From positions 42,311-106,310 of IMG/VR virus record IMGVR_UViG_3300028591_000128: a stretch of DNA of 64,000 nucleotides. One strand, 5' to 3'. A program made the position numbers and the translations under genes. Positions 52,035 through 58,642 of this stretch are shown piece after piece (position 1 is the first letter of the stretch; each line of letters opens with the position of its first letter). The notes under the pieces were generated by a model. That model was not told where the DNA came from. It worked only from the letters and a program-made list of their open reading frames with translations, and did not search any database. The DNA is from a virus. Its lineage: Duplodnaviria; Caudoviricetes.

Positions 52035-52316
52035 TTATACATCAAACACAATATCCTCTACACCATAATTGGATTCATCATATCCTAAGTATCTTCCTCT
52101 ATAATCATAATTCGGAATTCTAATCCGAAACCAAGTTCCAGCGGAATTACAGCCTACCAATTCCCCAATTACCGGTTCACCATATCTGTCAACCTTAACT
52201 TCAATTCCAGAAGTTTCTGGATAGCCAACACGACCACAATTACGTACTTTTGGTATAATTGACTTAATATATTCATCTACAGTAAGGTCACCGGAACAAT
52301 GTATATATCTTTTCAT
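52035..52316 (-). CDS. hypothetical protein (MKRYIHCS N-terminus)
   Basis: GAGGTG SD before ATG 52316. Confidence 0.55.
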   Translation of the reverse strand: MKRYIHCSGDLTVDEYIKSIIPKVRNCGRVGYPETSGIEVKVDRYGEPVIGELVGCNSAGTWFRIRIPNYDYRGRYLGYDESNYGVEDIVFDV

Positions 52317-52410
52317 AATCACCTCGAATCTCAAGTCTAAACAACCTATCGAACATATAAACAAGTCCTATATTACTATTAAAGGTTAAAACAAAAATGG
52401 AACTCACCAT

Positions 52411-52587
52411 CTAATCGGGAAGTTCCAATTCTAACACAAACGAATCTTTCTGTACCGTTGTAAGTGCATTTGCTATTCCATCAAAACTCGGTTCTAATCG
52501 TTGTTCAAGATAAATTCCAGGAGTACGGTCTGATGGATTTTCTGGATTTCTACCACGCATAGCACATGAAAAATATAATTTATTCAT
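52411..52587 (-). CDS. MTase TRD-like cassette 23
   Basis: CAMRGRNPENPSDR...EQRLEP..DGIANALTTVQKD. Confidence 0.7.
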   Translation of the reverse strand: MNKLYFSCAMRGRNPENPSDRTPGIYLEQRLEPSFDGIANALTTVQKDSFVLELELPD

Positions 52588-52717
52588 CTTCATCACCAAA
52601 ATAGATCACAAGAAAATCCATTCTACCTGAACGAAAGGCCGGTGCATAATTATTATAGAATCTTGCGTTTCTAACTGTTGCATATGTATCATCAACTATC
52701 CACATCTGAATCATCAT
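52580..52717 (-). CDS. MTase TRD-like cassette 22 (not in ORF track)
   Basis: MMIQMWIVDDTYATVRNARFYNNYAPAFRSGRMDFLVIYFGDEDE; GAGGT SD. Confidence 0.6.
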   Translation of the reverse strand: MMIQMWIVDDTYATVRNARFYNNYAPAFRSGRMDFLVIYFGDEDE

Positions 52718-52847
52718 CCTGTACCTCTATAATCTTCCAGCCATTCCTTAATGCAGAATGACCTATAGTCGTTGTTATACTACCAAGTATATCTGATTGG
52801 GATGGGATATAAGAATCATAATCATTATAGGCTATGAATTGTTTCAT
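52692..52847 (-). CDS. MTase TRD-like cassette 21 (not in ORF track)
   Basis: MKQFIAYNDYDSYIPSQSDILGSITTTIGHSALRNGWKIIEV; paralog of cassette 7. Confidence 0.7.
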   Translation of the reverse strand: MKQFIAYNDYDSYIPSQSDILGSITTTIGHSALRNGWKIIEVQDDDSDVDS

Positions 52848-53016
52848 AATCATCCACCACTATCATTGGAACTCTGCCACCACCTTGAGAAGTTGTTAGT
52901 GATGGACAAAAATATTCCGGATCCCATATATTTCCAGCATATCCAGTTCCAAAATCTTCATTATATATATTAGCAAGTTTCCTTACATTGAATTCCAATA
53001 TCTTTCCACCATTCAT
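52825..53016 (-). CDS. MTase TRD-like cassette 20
   Basis: GYAGNIWDPEYFCPSLTTSQGGGRVPMIVV. Confidence 0.7.
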   Translation of the reverse strand: MNGGKILEFNVRKLANIYNEDFGTGYAGNIWDPEYFCPSLTTSQGGGRVPMIVVDDYETIHSL

Positions 53017-53170
53017 ATACTGCAACATTTGCAAATCCATATCCATGTCCTGCACCACCACAAACAATAGCTGGAAATATTCCATCCGTGTGGACAACAA
53101 TGCCACCTTCGGAATTACCTGTACTATAATTACCTATTGTCAGTATTTTATTCGTATCTTGATTTATCAC
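52970..53170 (-). CDS. MTase TRD-like cassette 19
   Basis: GGIVVHTDGIFPAIVCGGAGHGYG; GTG start. Confidence 0.65.
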   Translation of the reverse strand: MINQDTNKILTIGNYSTGNSEGGIVVHTDGIFPAIVCGGAGHGYGFANVAVYEWWKDIGIQCKETC

Positions 53171-53298
53171 AAATAAGTACCGCCGTTACAGTTCCATGGT
53201 TTTCTTTCACACACGGAGCAACCCACCCCCACAGAAACAATTCTGGAAGCATCATGGTTGCTGAACATATAATTTCCTAAAATGATAATTTCATTCAT
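53148..53298 (-). pseudogene. MTase TRD-like cassette 18, frameshifted
   Basis: MNEIIILGNYMFSNHDASRIVSV continues in another frame as VAPCVKENHGTVTAVLI; one extra base in GGGGGTGGG (53222-53230). Confidence 0.6.
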
Positions 53299-53452
53299 CT
53301 TCATCTCTTACCAAAATGTATAATTTCTGTCCAGTCATTATTGTAGTCATTAGAGATGGGCATATTCCTTCTGAATCATATGTTGATCCATCATATCCGG
53401 CTTTACACTTCCCGGATACTCCACCCAAAAACATGATCTTAAAGTTATCCAT
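53291..53452 (-). CDS. MTase TRD-like cassette 17 (not in ORF track)
   Basis: MDNFKIMFLGG...STYDSEGICPSLMTT...LYILVRDEDE. Confidence 0.65.
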   Translation of the reverse strand: MDNFKIMFLGGVSGKCKAGYDGSTYDSEGICPSLMTTIMTGQKLYILVRDEDE

Positions 53453-53615
53453 CACTCACCACAACCCTTATCGGAGTTTTGAAATCTCTTGCCATCAATG
53501 TAGGTGCCAATCCACCAGCCGAATATATATAGCACCACTGGTGCATCTTTTCGCTACCATTCTCCGGAAGAAGTAATCCAACTGTTATTATTTCATTTTG
53601 TTCGGATAGAATCAT
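53445..53615 (-). CDS. MTase TRD-like cassette 16 (not in ORF track)
   Basis: MHQWCYIYSAGGLAPTLMARDFKTPIRVVV; paralog of cassette 3. Confidence 0.7.
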   Translation of the reverse strand: MILSEQNEIITVGLLLPENGSEKMHQWCYIYSAGGLAPTLMARDFKTPIRVVVSDG

Positions 53616-53796
53616 TATCAATCACCAAAATCGTAGTATCTTTTAATATAGTAGAAATTGTATTACAGATTCCATCTGTTCTTACAGACCAGGTTCTCAT
53701 ATTGCATCTTCGTTCAGATAATTCATGCGCTTCGTATTTCTTTCTGATTTGTTTTGCGTATTCTGTTCTTTCATATCGTAGGCATTGGAAATTCAT
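53593..53796 (-). CDS. MTase TRD-like cassette 15
   Basis: LRYERTEYAKQIRKKYE...RTDGICNTISTILKD. Confidence 0.7.
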   Translation of the reverse strand: MNFQCLRYERTEYAKQIRKKYEAHELSERRCNMRTWSVRTDGICNTISTILKDTTILVIDNDSIRTK

Positions 53797-53804
53797 AATA
53801 TTTA

Positions 53805-54470
53805 TTATTTACTGATAGTGTTATGAATACCAGATTCGTGAAATGACACTGCTACATAGCCATTATTGGTTTCATGATCTACATCTATTTTTATATATAG
53901 TTTCAATGAATCTATTGTAACAGGTGTGCCGTTTCGCTTTCTTGGTGGAAACGTAAATGGTCCAGAAATCTTAAAAATCATAAGAATATCATTCCACTGT
54001 TCTACATCAGTAGAGTATTTAGCAGATGTACAATCCCTATATGTCATAGCATCTATAATTTCTTTTGCATATTCATCAGTAAGTTTTGCCCCTCGATTCA
54101 AAAGCATCTGCTTAAAATCATTATTCTTATCGCTTGGTTTTATATAAATAAGTTCACAATCTTGAACCTTTTTTAATAATTTTTTCTTCTCCGCAGATGT
54201 AAGATTTATTTCATCAACTTCATTTGCATGATATACAATAAATTGTTGCATGGGAAACAATTCGTCATACGATAACTTACGAAGTGTTGGTACATCCCTT
54301 ATTTTTTCTCTAACATTGTCAGGAAGTGTCATAAGTTCATCATGATTCATTTTCGTGATATCTTTGCCCTTATAGTATTCACCAGCAGTAATATATTCAC
54401 GTATAGGGTGATATTCTGACACATCATCAACAACAATAATTGATACAATATTTAATGCATCTATATCCAA
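53805..54470 (-). CDS. putative MqsR-like toxin
   Basis: C-terminal LYIKID...VAVSFHES pattern of MqsR/RelE-fold RNases; downstream of an RHH gene. Confidence 0.5.
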   Translation of the reverse strand: MDIDALNIVSIIVVDDVSEYHPIREYITAGEYYKGKDITKMNHDELMTLPDNVREKIRDVPTLRKLSYDELFPMQQFIVYHANEVDEINLTSAEKKKLLKKVQDCELIYIKPSDKNNDFKQMLLNRGAKLTDEYAKEIIDAMTYRDCTSAKYSTDVEQWNDILMIFKISGPFTFPPRKRNGTPVTIDSLKLYIKIDVDHETNNGYVAVSFHESGIHNTISK

Positions 54471-54508
54471 ACCTATATCAGCAAATTCAGAAGTTCTAAT
54501 ATATCGTT

Positions 54509-54712
54509 TTATGATAGCAATTCCTTTCTACTTTCATAATATTCTATTGTTTTCAAGATATACTTTGTAACAGACAGATTCTCAGACTTCGCATATTCTT
54601 TAATCTGACATCTCATCCCTTTAGGAACATTTATAGCAACAGTATCATAATGCTGCTTATTGTATTCTGCCTGATATTTGATTTGATCAAACTTCTCACC
54701 ACTGTTAATCAT
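54509..54712 (-). CDS. ribbon-helix-helix (antitoxin-like) regulator
   Basis: YNKQHYDTVAINVPKGMRCQIKEYAKSENLSVTKYI; paralog of 48808-49005. Confidence 0.7.
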   Translation of the reverse strand: MINSGEKFDQIKYQAEYNKQHYDTVAINVPKGMRCQIKEYAKSENLSVTKYILKTIEYYESRKELLS

Positions 54713-54729
54713 AATATAGCCTCACCAAT

Positions 54730-54775
54730 AGAATACCACATATACTATTATATGTCAACACATATAATAGTATAT
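54730..54775 (-). promoter_or_regulatory. SigA promoter with 16-bp inverted-repeat operator
   Basis: TTGACA-N17-TATTCT; perfect IR atatactattatatgt (54740-55) / acatataatagtatat (54760-75) centred on the -35. Confidence 0.75.
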
Positions 54776-54780
54776 TAAAT

Positions 54781-54963
54781 TCACTTAATAGAATTTTTAA
54801 AATCAGAAGGAAGTACAATTTCTAAAACCATAGGAATCTTTCCACTACCGCGTTCCATAGTAGCCATAAGTGTTGGTGCAAGATAATCAAAATCATAAAG
54901 ATTAAAATGTTGACCGAAACTTTTATGGAATGTTCCTAAAACTTTTACTGTATTTTTCATCAT
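54781..54963 (-). CDS. MTase TRD-like cassette 14
   Basis: GQHFNLYDFDYLAPTLMATMERGSGKIPMVL. Confidence 0.7.
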   Translation of the reverse strand: MMKNTVKVLGTFHKSFGQHFNLYDFDYLAPTLMATMERGSGKIPMVLEIVLPSDFKNSIK

Positions 54964-55096
54964 TAATCACCAAAACAATCATAGGCACATACCCACCACC
55001 AGTACCCATAGAAGATGTCAAGCAAGTACAGATCCCATTTGTCTTTACGGATTGATGGTCTTGCATACCACCTATAATTACATCAAGAAACATCAT
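54923..55096 (-). CDS. MTase TRD-like cassette 13 (not in ORF track)
   Basis: IIGGMQDHQSVKTNGICTCLTSSMGTGGGYVPMIV. Confidence 0.7.
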   Translation of the reverse strand: MMFLDVIIGGMQDHQSVKTNGICTCLTSSMGTGGGYVPMIVLVINDEKYSKSFRNIP

Positions 55097-55241
55097 AAGC
55101 AATTACCAAAATCATAGGAACTTGACCACCACCTTCTCCGGCAGCGGCTGTTAATGTCGGACAAATGTATTCAGAATCAAATATAATTCTCCGTTGACTA
55201 CTATTCGGATTTAGTGTACCTAATGAACATATCTCCATCAT
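55083..55241 (-). CDS. MTase TRD-like cassette 12
   Basis: SQRRIIFDSEYICPTLTAAAGEGGGQVPMILV. Confidence 0.7.
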   Translation of the reverse strand: MMEICSLGTLNPNSSQRRIIFDSEYICPTLTAAAGEGGGQVPMILVIAYDVS

Positions 55242-55401
55242 CAACCACCAAATACAAGTTTGAAAATCCACCGACATTCCCTACAGGTTGTGCCATTAAA
55301 GCACAAGCAATATTGTCAGCAAGATATACAGCATTTCCCTGAGTGAACTTTCCTTCAAATTTTGCTATTTTCTTTGTAGTATTTTCTGTAAATTCATTCA
55401 T
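55201..55401 (-). CDS. MTase TRD-like cassette 11
   Basis: QGNAVYLADNIACALMAQPVGNVGGFSNLYLV; paralog of cassette 9. Confidence 0.7.
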   Translation of the reverse strand: MNEFTENTTKKIAKFEGKFTQGNAVYLADNIACALMAQPVGNVGGFSNLYLVVDDGDMFIRYTKSE

Positions 55402-55558
55402 CTTCAACTACCAAATATCTATAACTTCCACCTGGAATATTTGCTGGGTGGCATAGTGCAAATCCATCTGAAGAATATACACGATCTTGCTGATAGAATT
55501 GTGTCCCTCCATTAGAATTCATTTCACCAAGTCCACCCAATACAATCGGTTCATCCAT
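55394..55558 (-). CDS. MTase TRD-like cassette 10 (not in ORF track)
   Basis: MDEPIVLGGLGEMNSNGGTQFYQQDRVYSSDGFALCHPANIPGGSYRYLVVEDE. Confidence 0.7.
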   Translation of the reverse strand: MDEPIVLGGLGEMNSNGGTQFYQQDRVYSSDGFALCHPANIPGGSYRYLVVEDE

Positions 55559-55742
55559 CTTCAATCACCAAGTAAAGATTCGTCTGGCCACCTAAACTAC
55601 CTACAGGCTGTGATAGTAATGCTACGGCAATATAATTAGATGAATACACCCGGTTTCCCATTCTAAATCTACCACCAAAGTTTCTTTCGCCAAATGCTGT
55701 AATTCTGTATGGGAAATTTGTATTACTTACCGTCAGTTCCAT
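55551..55742 (-). CDS. MTase TRD-like cassette 9
   Basis: MGNRVYSSNYIAVALLSQPVGSLGGQTNLYLV. Confidence 0.7.
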   Translation of the reverse strand: MELTVSNTNFPYRITAFGERNFGGRFRMGNRVYSSNYIAVALLSQPVGSLGGQTNLYLVIEDG

Positions 55743-56433
55743 AACCTTCACGTACCATTCTTTCATCAGTTGTTTCAAAATTCGGATCATAAACAACTTT
55801 GTAAAGATGTTCCATTAAATATTGTACACAGTTACTAATCAAGCCATTCGTTGTGTTATCATGTAGTTTTTTATCTACACTTCTGCATCATTACAATGCA
55901 GACCAGCATATCTATTTACCAAAAGATTCTGCATCTTTTACCATCCGGTAGCGAGGCCTCTTGGGAGTATTATATTCTTAAACATCTCAGTTTAAGGTTC
56001 AACTCCTATGCGTTGCGGTTGACTAAACTTTTACATTTAGCCTTAACACTCTGATTACGGTTGCAAACCGTTTTCCAGCTTATTTCCTCACTTATAATCC
56101 ATAGTATACTTGATGGTTTCACTATGGACGGCATAACATTAGCTTCGCATTTTAGGCACTAATGTTCTGTTTACCTGCTTGCTTGTATAGCTGTGAATTA
56201 CTAACTCCGGCATCCTTACACTTTTGACAATCTTCTTTGGTCGACCCCATAAGGATAAAACATTCTTCCGGAGTAAGCTTACGAATCTTCAAATGTTTTA
56301 CCATTTCTTCCTGTTCTGGTGTAAGCTGAACTTCTTCCGAAGATAATTCTTCAACAGATTCTTCCGAAATTTCTTCAGAATCTTCATCTTCGTAATCTTC
56401 CCAAGAATCAGTTACTTTTACGTCTTCTTCCAT
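55723..56433 (-). CDS. C5-cytosine methyltransferase C-terminal subunit (motifs IX-X), spliced: exons 56433-56173 and 55848-55723
   Basis: IRKLTPEECFILMG (IX); SQLYKQAG|NGLISNCV (X) restored by removing the intron; 128 aa. Confidence 0.85.
55849..56172 (-). ncRNA. group I self-splicing intron (324 nt, no homing endonuclease ORF)
   Basis: 5' exon ends in U, intron ends in G; P1 AGGU/GCCU, P10 CAUU/AAUG, P3 AGUGAGG/CCUCGCU, P7 GCAUA/UAUGC, plus P2, P5, P6a, P7.1, P8 and P9 stems in canonical order. Confidence 0.88.
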
Positions 56434-56434
56434 G

Positions 56435-56666
56435 TTATTCCTCGCTTTCTATTTCCTCTATGACTACAAGACAATTCTCACATCCGCAAGTTAATGCTGG
56501 ACAAACACTTCCGGGGGGGGGTTCCTTGTGCTCTGCCACGTCTTAATCTACTTGATGGATAACTAAAATCCGCTACATGATAATCACCTGTTAACGGAAT
56601 TTCTACATATCCGAGTTTAGTTGCTTGCTTTATCTGTATTGTGTTCCCAAGAATCTGGATCATCAC
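56435..56666 (-). pseudogene. MTase TRD-like cassette 8, frameshifted at a C9 tract
   Basis: IKQATKLGY...DFSYPSSRLRRGRAQG; C8 instead of C9 gives GSVCPALTCGCENCLVVIEEIESEE*. Confidence 0.65.
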
Positions 56667-56802
56667 TAACCTCTATAATTTTCCAACCAGTTCTAAAAGC
56701 AGAACTACCTATATGTGTAGTTATTGCACCAACAAATCCTATACATATATCTGATGGAACTTTTGAATTAAAATCATCATATGCAATTATATTCACTACC
56801 AT
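56617..56802 (-). CDS. MTase TRD-like cassette 7
   Basis: IAYDDFNSKVP...VGAITTHIGSSAFRTGWKIIEV. Confidence 0.7.
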   Translation of the reverse strand: MVVNIIAYDDFNSKVPSDICIGFVGAITTHIGSSAFRTGWKIIEVSDDPDSWEHNTDKASN

Positions 56803-56976
56803 ATTTTACCACCACATAAGGATTCAATCCTCCACCTTGAGCACAATTTAATGCTGGAGATATACCACAAGGAAGATACACTCTATATCTTTGTGGATTA
56901 TCTCTTGTAGATTATCTCTTGTAGATTCTATCTGATGTGCTATAGATCCTACTTGATAGATTTCATTCTTGTTCAT
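56777..56976 (-). pseudogene. MTase TRD-like cassette 6, frameshifted by a 14-bp tandem duplication
   Basis: removing one attatctcttgtag copy gives RDNPQRYRVYLPCGISPALNCAQGGGLNPYVVV. Confidence 0.7.
56897..56924. repeat. 14-bp tandem duplication (attatctcttgtag x2)
   Basis: read directly from the sequence. Confidence 0.9.
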
Positions 56977-57124
56977 TAACTAATACCTTCGGTGCATCTT
57001 TATAATGAGTAGATTTTAGACAGCACATAACCCCATCAATAGAATACACTTCCTGATTCTGATGGATTTTATCAGATGTCATACCAAGCAATCTACCCAG
57101 GTAGATCATATCATTCTGATTCAT
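56963..57124 (-). CDS. MTase TRD-like cassette 5 (not in ORF track)
   Basis: IHQNQEVYSIDGVMCCLKSTHYKDAPKVLV. Confidence 0.7.
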   Translation of the reverse strand: MNQNDMIYLGRLLGMTSDKIHQNQEVYSIDGVMCCLKSTHYKDAPKVLVNEQE

Positions 57125-57272
57125 ATATTAATATCCTTGGTGGATTTCCGCAGTGCATGGCACGTAATGCACAGATAAGTCCTTCGCTGCTATACACTTC
57201 CCGGTTCTGTTGGAATTTTTGTCGTTCTTCTACATATAGTCTACCGACTATTTGGATGTCCGATTTATCCAT
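57111..57272 (-). CDS. MTase TRD-like cassette 4
   Basis: FQQNREVYSSEGLICALRAMHCGNPPRILI. Confidence 0.7.
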   Translation of the reverse strand: MDKSDIQIVGRLYVEERQKFQQNREVYSSEGLICALRAMHCGNPPRILIYESE

Positions 57273-57427
57273 TGATGTTCTCCAATAAGTATTTGCCTGG
57301 GTGATTTCCAATCCCGAGCAGTACAAGTAGGTGCCACACCATTACTATCATAAATGTAATCCTGAAGATGCACTCTACCACTATTTAATTCTGGCTGAAC
57401 AATTCCAGCTATAATGATGTTATGCAT
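57248..57427 (-). CDS. MTase TRD-like cassette 3
   Basis: HLQDYIYDSNGVAPTCTARDWKSPRQILI. Confidence 0.7.
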   Translation of the reverse strand: MHNIIIAGIVQPELNSGRVHLQDYIYDSNGVAPTCTARDWKSPRQILIGEHQWINRTSK

Positions 57428-57578
57428 CTTCCACCACCAATACATTTATTAGATTTCCAGACCGTAAACAAAAACTTATTCCATCACCAAATATCTCTAG
57501 GTGAGTGATTCTTTTATTTCCATGAAGGTTGTAAAACCGATCTATTGGTTTTTCTTCCACAGATTCAGCATATATCAT
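57420..57578 (-). CDS. MTase TRD-like cassette 2
   Basis: DGISFCLRSGNLINVLVVEDA. Confidence 0.6.
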   Translation of the reverse strand: MIYAESVEEKPIDRFYNLHGNKRITHLEIFGDGISFCLRSGNLINVLVVEDA

Positions 57579-57747
57579 CTTCGTATTCAACATATGCAAT
57601 TGCACCTGTGCATCCATAAATTCCCCACTCACCAAGATTCTTTACATTGTTTTTATAATATTGTGCTTTCAGAGTTCTACATAAACCATCTGTATCATCA
57701 TTCAATGCTGATATATATAGGACTCTGAATTTCTTATCACTGTTCAT
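57565..57747 (-). CDS. MTase TRD-like cassette 1
   Basis: LNDDTDGLCRTLKAQYYKNNVKNL...GCTGAI. Confidence 0.7.
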   Translation of the reverse strand: MNSDKKFRVLYISALNDDTDGLCRTLKAQYYKNNVKNLGEWGIYGCTGAIAYVEYEDDIC

Positions 57748-58642
57748 CTGATTTCTTCGTAAGATCAACTTTTACTTTTCCGTTGACTACCAAATCCCGG
57801 ATAAGTGCCTGTGCTCTTTCATTTGTAATATAATACTTTTCATCTACATCTTTCTGAAGAACATCTTTCAGACGGATTCCTGTATCATATGGCTTTGGAA
57901 ATTCAAATGTAGAAAGATCATATTTATCACGAAGCCAATAGATTGCAAATACACGCTTACGATTCTGAGGAACACCACAGTTCTTACCATTGATTACATC
58001 CCATTTACAATCATATCCAAGTTCAGCAAATTCTCCATTAAGAAGTTCAAACTGAGGAAGATTCTTCTTATTTACAAGTGCATCTACATTTTCCATAAGA
58101 AGAAACGGTGGAAGAACATTAAGTTCTTTCATGTTTCCGAGAATACGAAGAACCTCATAAACCAATCCGGAACGTGTTTCACCCTTAACCATACCGGCTT
58201 GACGACCAGCCAAACTGATATCGGTGCAAGGAAAGCTAAATGTCAGCAAATCACAATAAGGAAATTCTTTTACCATACTAATATCACCAACATTCTTATT
58301 CAACTTATTCGCAAGCCAAACAGTTTCCAAAAACATATTAGTATCTACACTACATACCAGCTTCAGCCAATCATAAGGTTTATTTGCAAGAAAATCAAAA
58401 CCAATATTCATCTTCTGAAGTTGCCTTGCCATAGTAAACCTATCTGGATAAAACAAGTATGTTTCAACCATCTTACGAGTAAGACCATGATGAATTGCTG
58501 CATAAGAAATAATTGCATCTGTATCCAATTCACATGTGTTTACTACTTCCATGTCAAATAATCCGGTATTACGGATGCCCATCTCTTGAAAACCTATACC
58601 GGAAAATGTAGTTACTACTTTCAACGGAATTTTATTCTCCAT
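57737..58642 (-). CDS. C5-cytosine DNA methyltransferase, N-terminal catalytic subunit (motifs I-VIII)
   Basis: FSGIG (I), CELD (II), SFPCTDIS (IV), MENV (VI), PQNRKRVF (VIII); stops at the start of the variable region. Confidence 0.9.
   Translation of the reverse strand: MENKIPLKVVTTFSGIGFQEMGIRNTGLFDMEVVNTCELDTDAIISYAAIHHGLTRKMVETYLFYPDRFTMARQLQKMNIGFDFLANKPYDWLKLVCSVDTNMFLETVWLANKLNKNVGDISMVKEFPYCDLLTFSFPCTDISLAGRQAGMVKGETRSGLVYEVLRILGNMKELNVLPPFLLMENVDALVNKKNLPQFELLNGEFAELGYDCKWDVINGKNCGVPQNRKRVFAIYWLRDKYDLSTFEFPKPYDTGIRLKDVLQKDVDEKYYITNERAQALIRDLVVNGKVKVDLTKKSDEQ

Noticed and set aside
52411-58642. Fragmented MTase region as stop-codon recoding or sequencing-error debris
   Set aside because: Fragments end in TAA, TGA and TAG and change frame, so read-through cannot join them. 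Most have an SD and start codon at a module boundary, and multi-kb ORFs elsewhere are intact.
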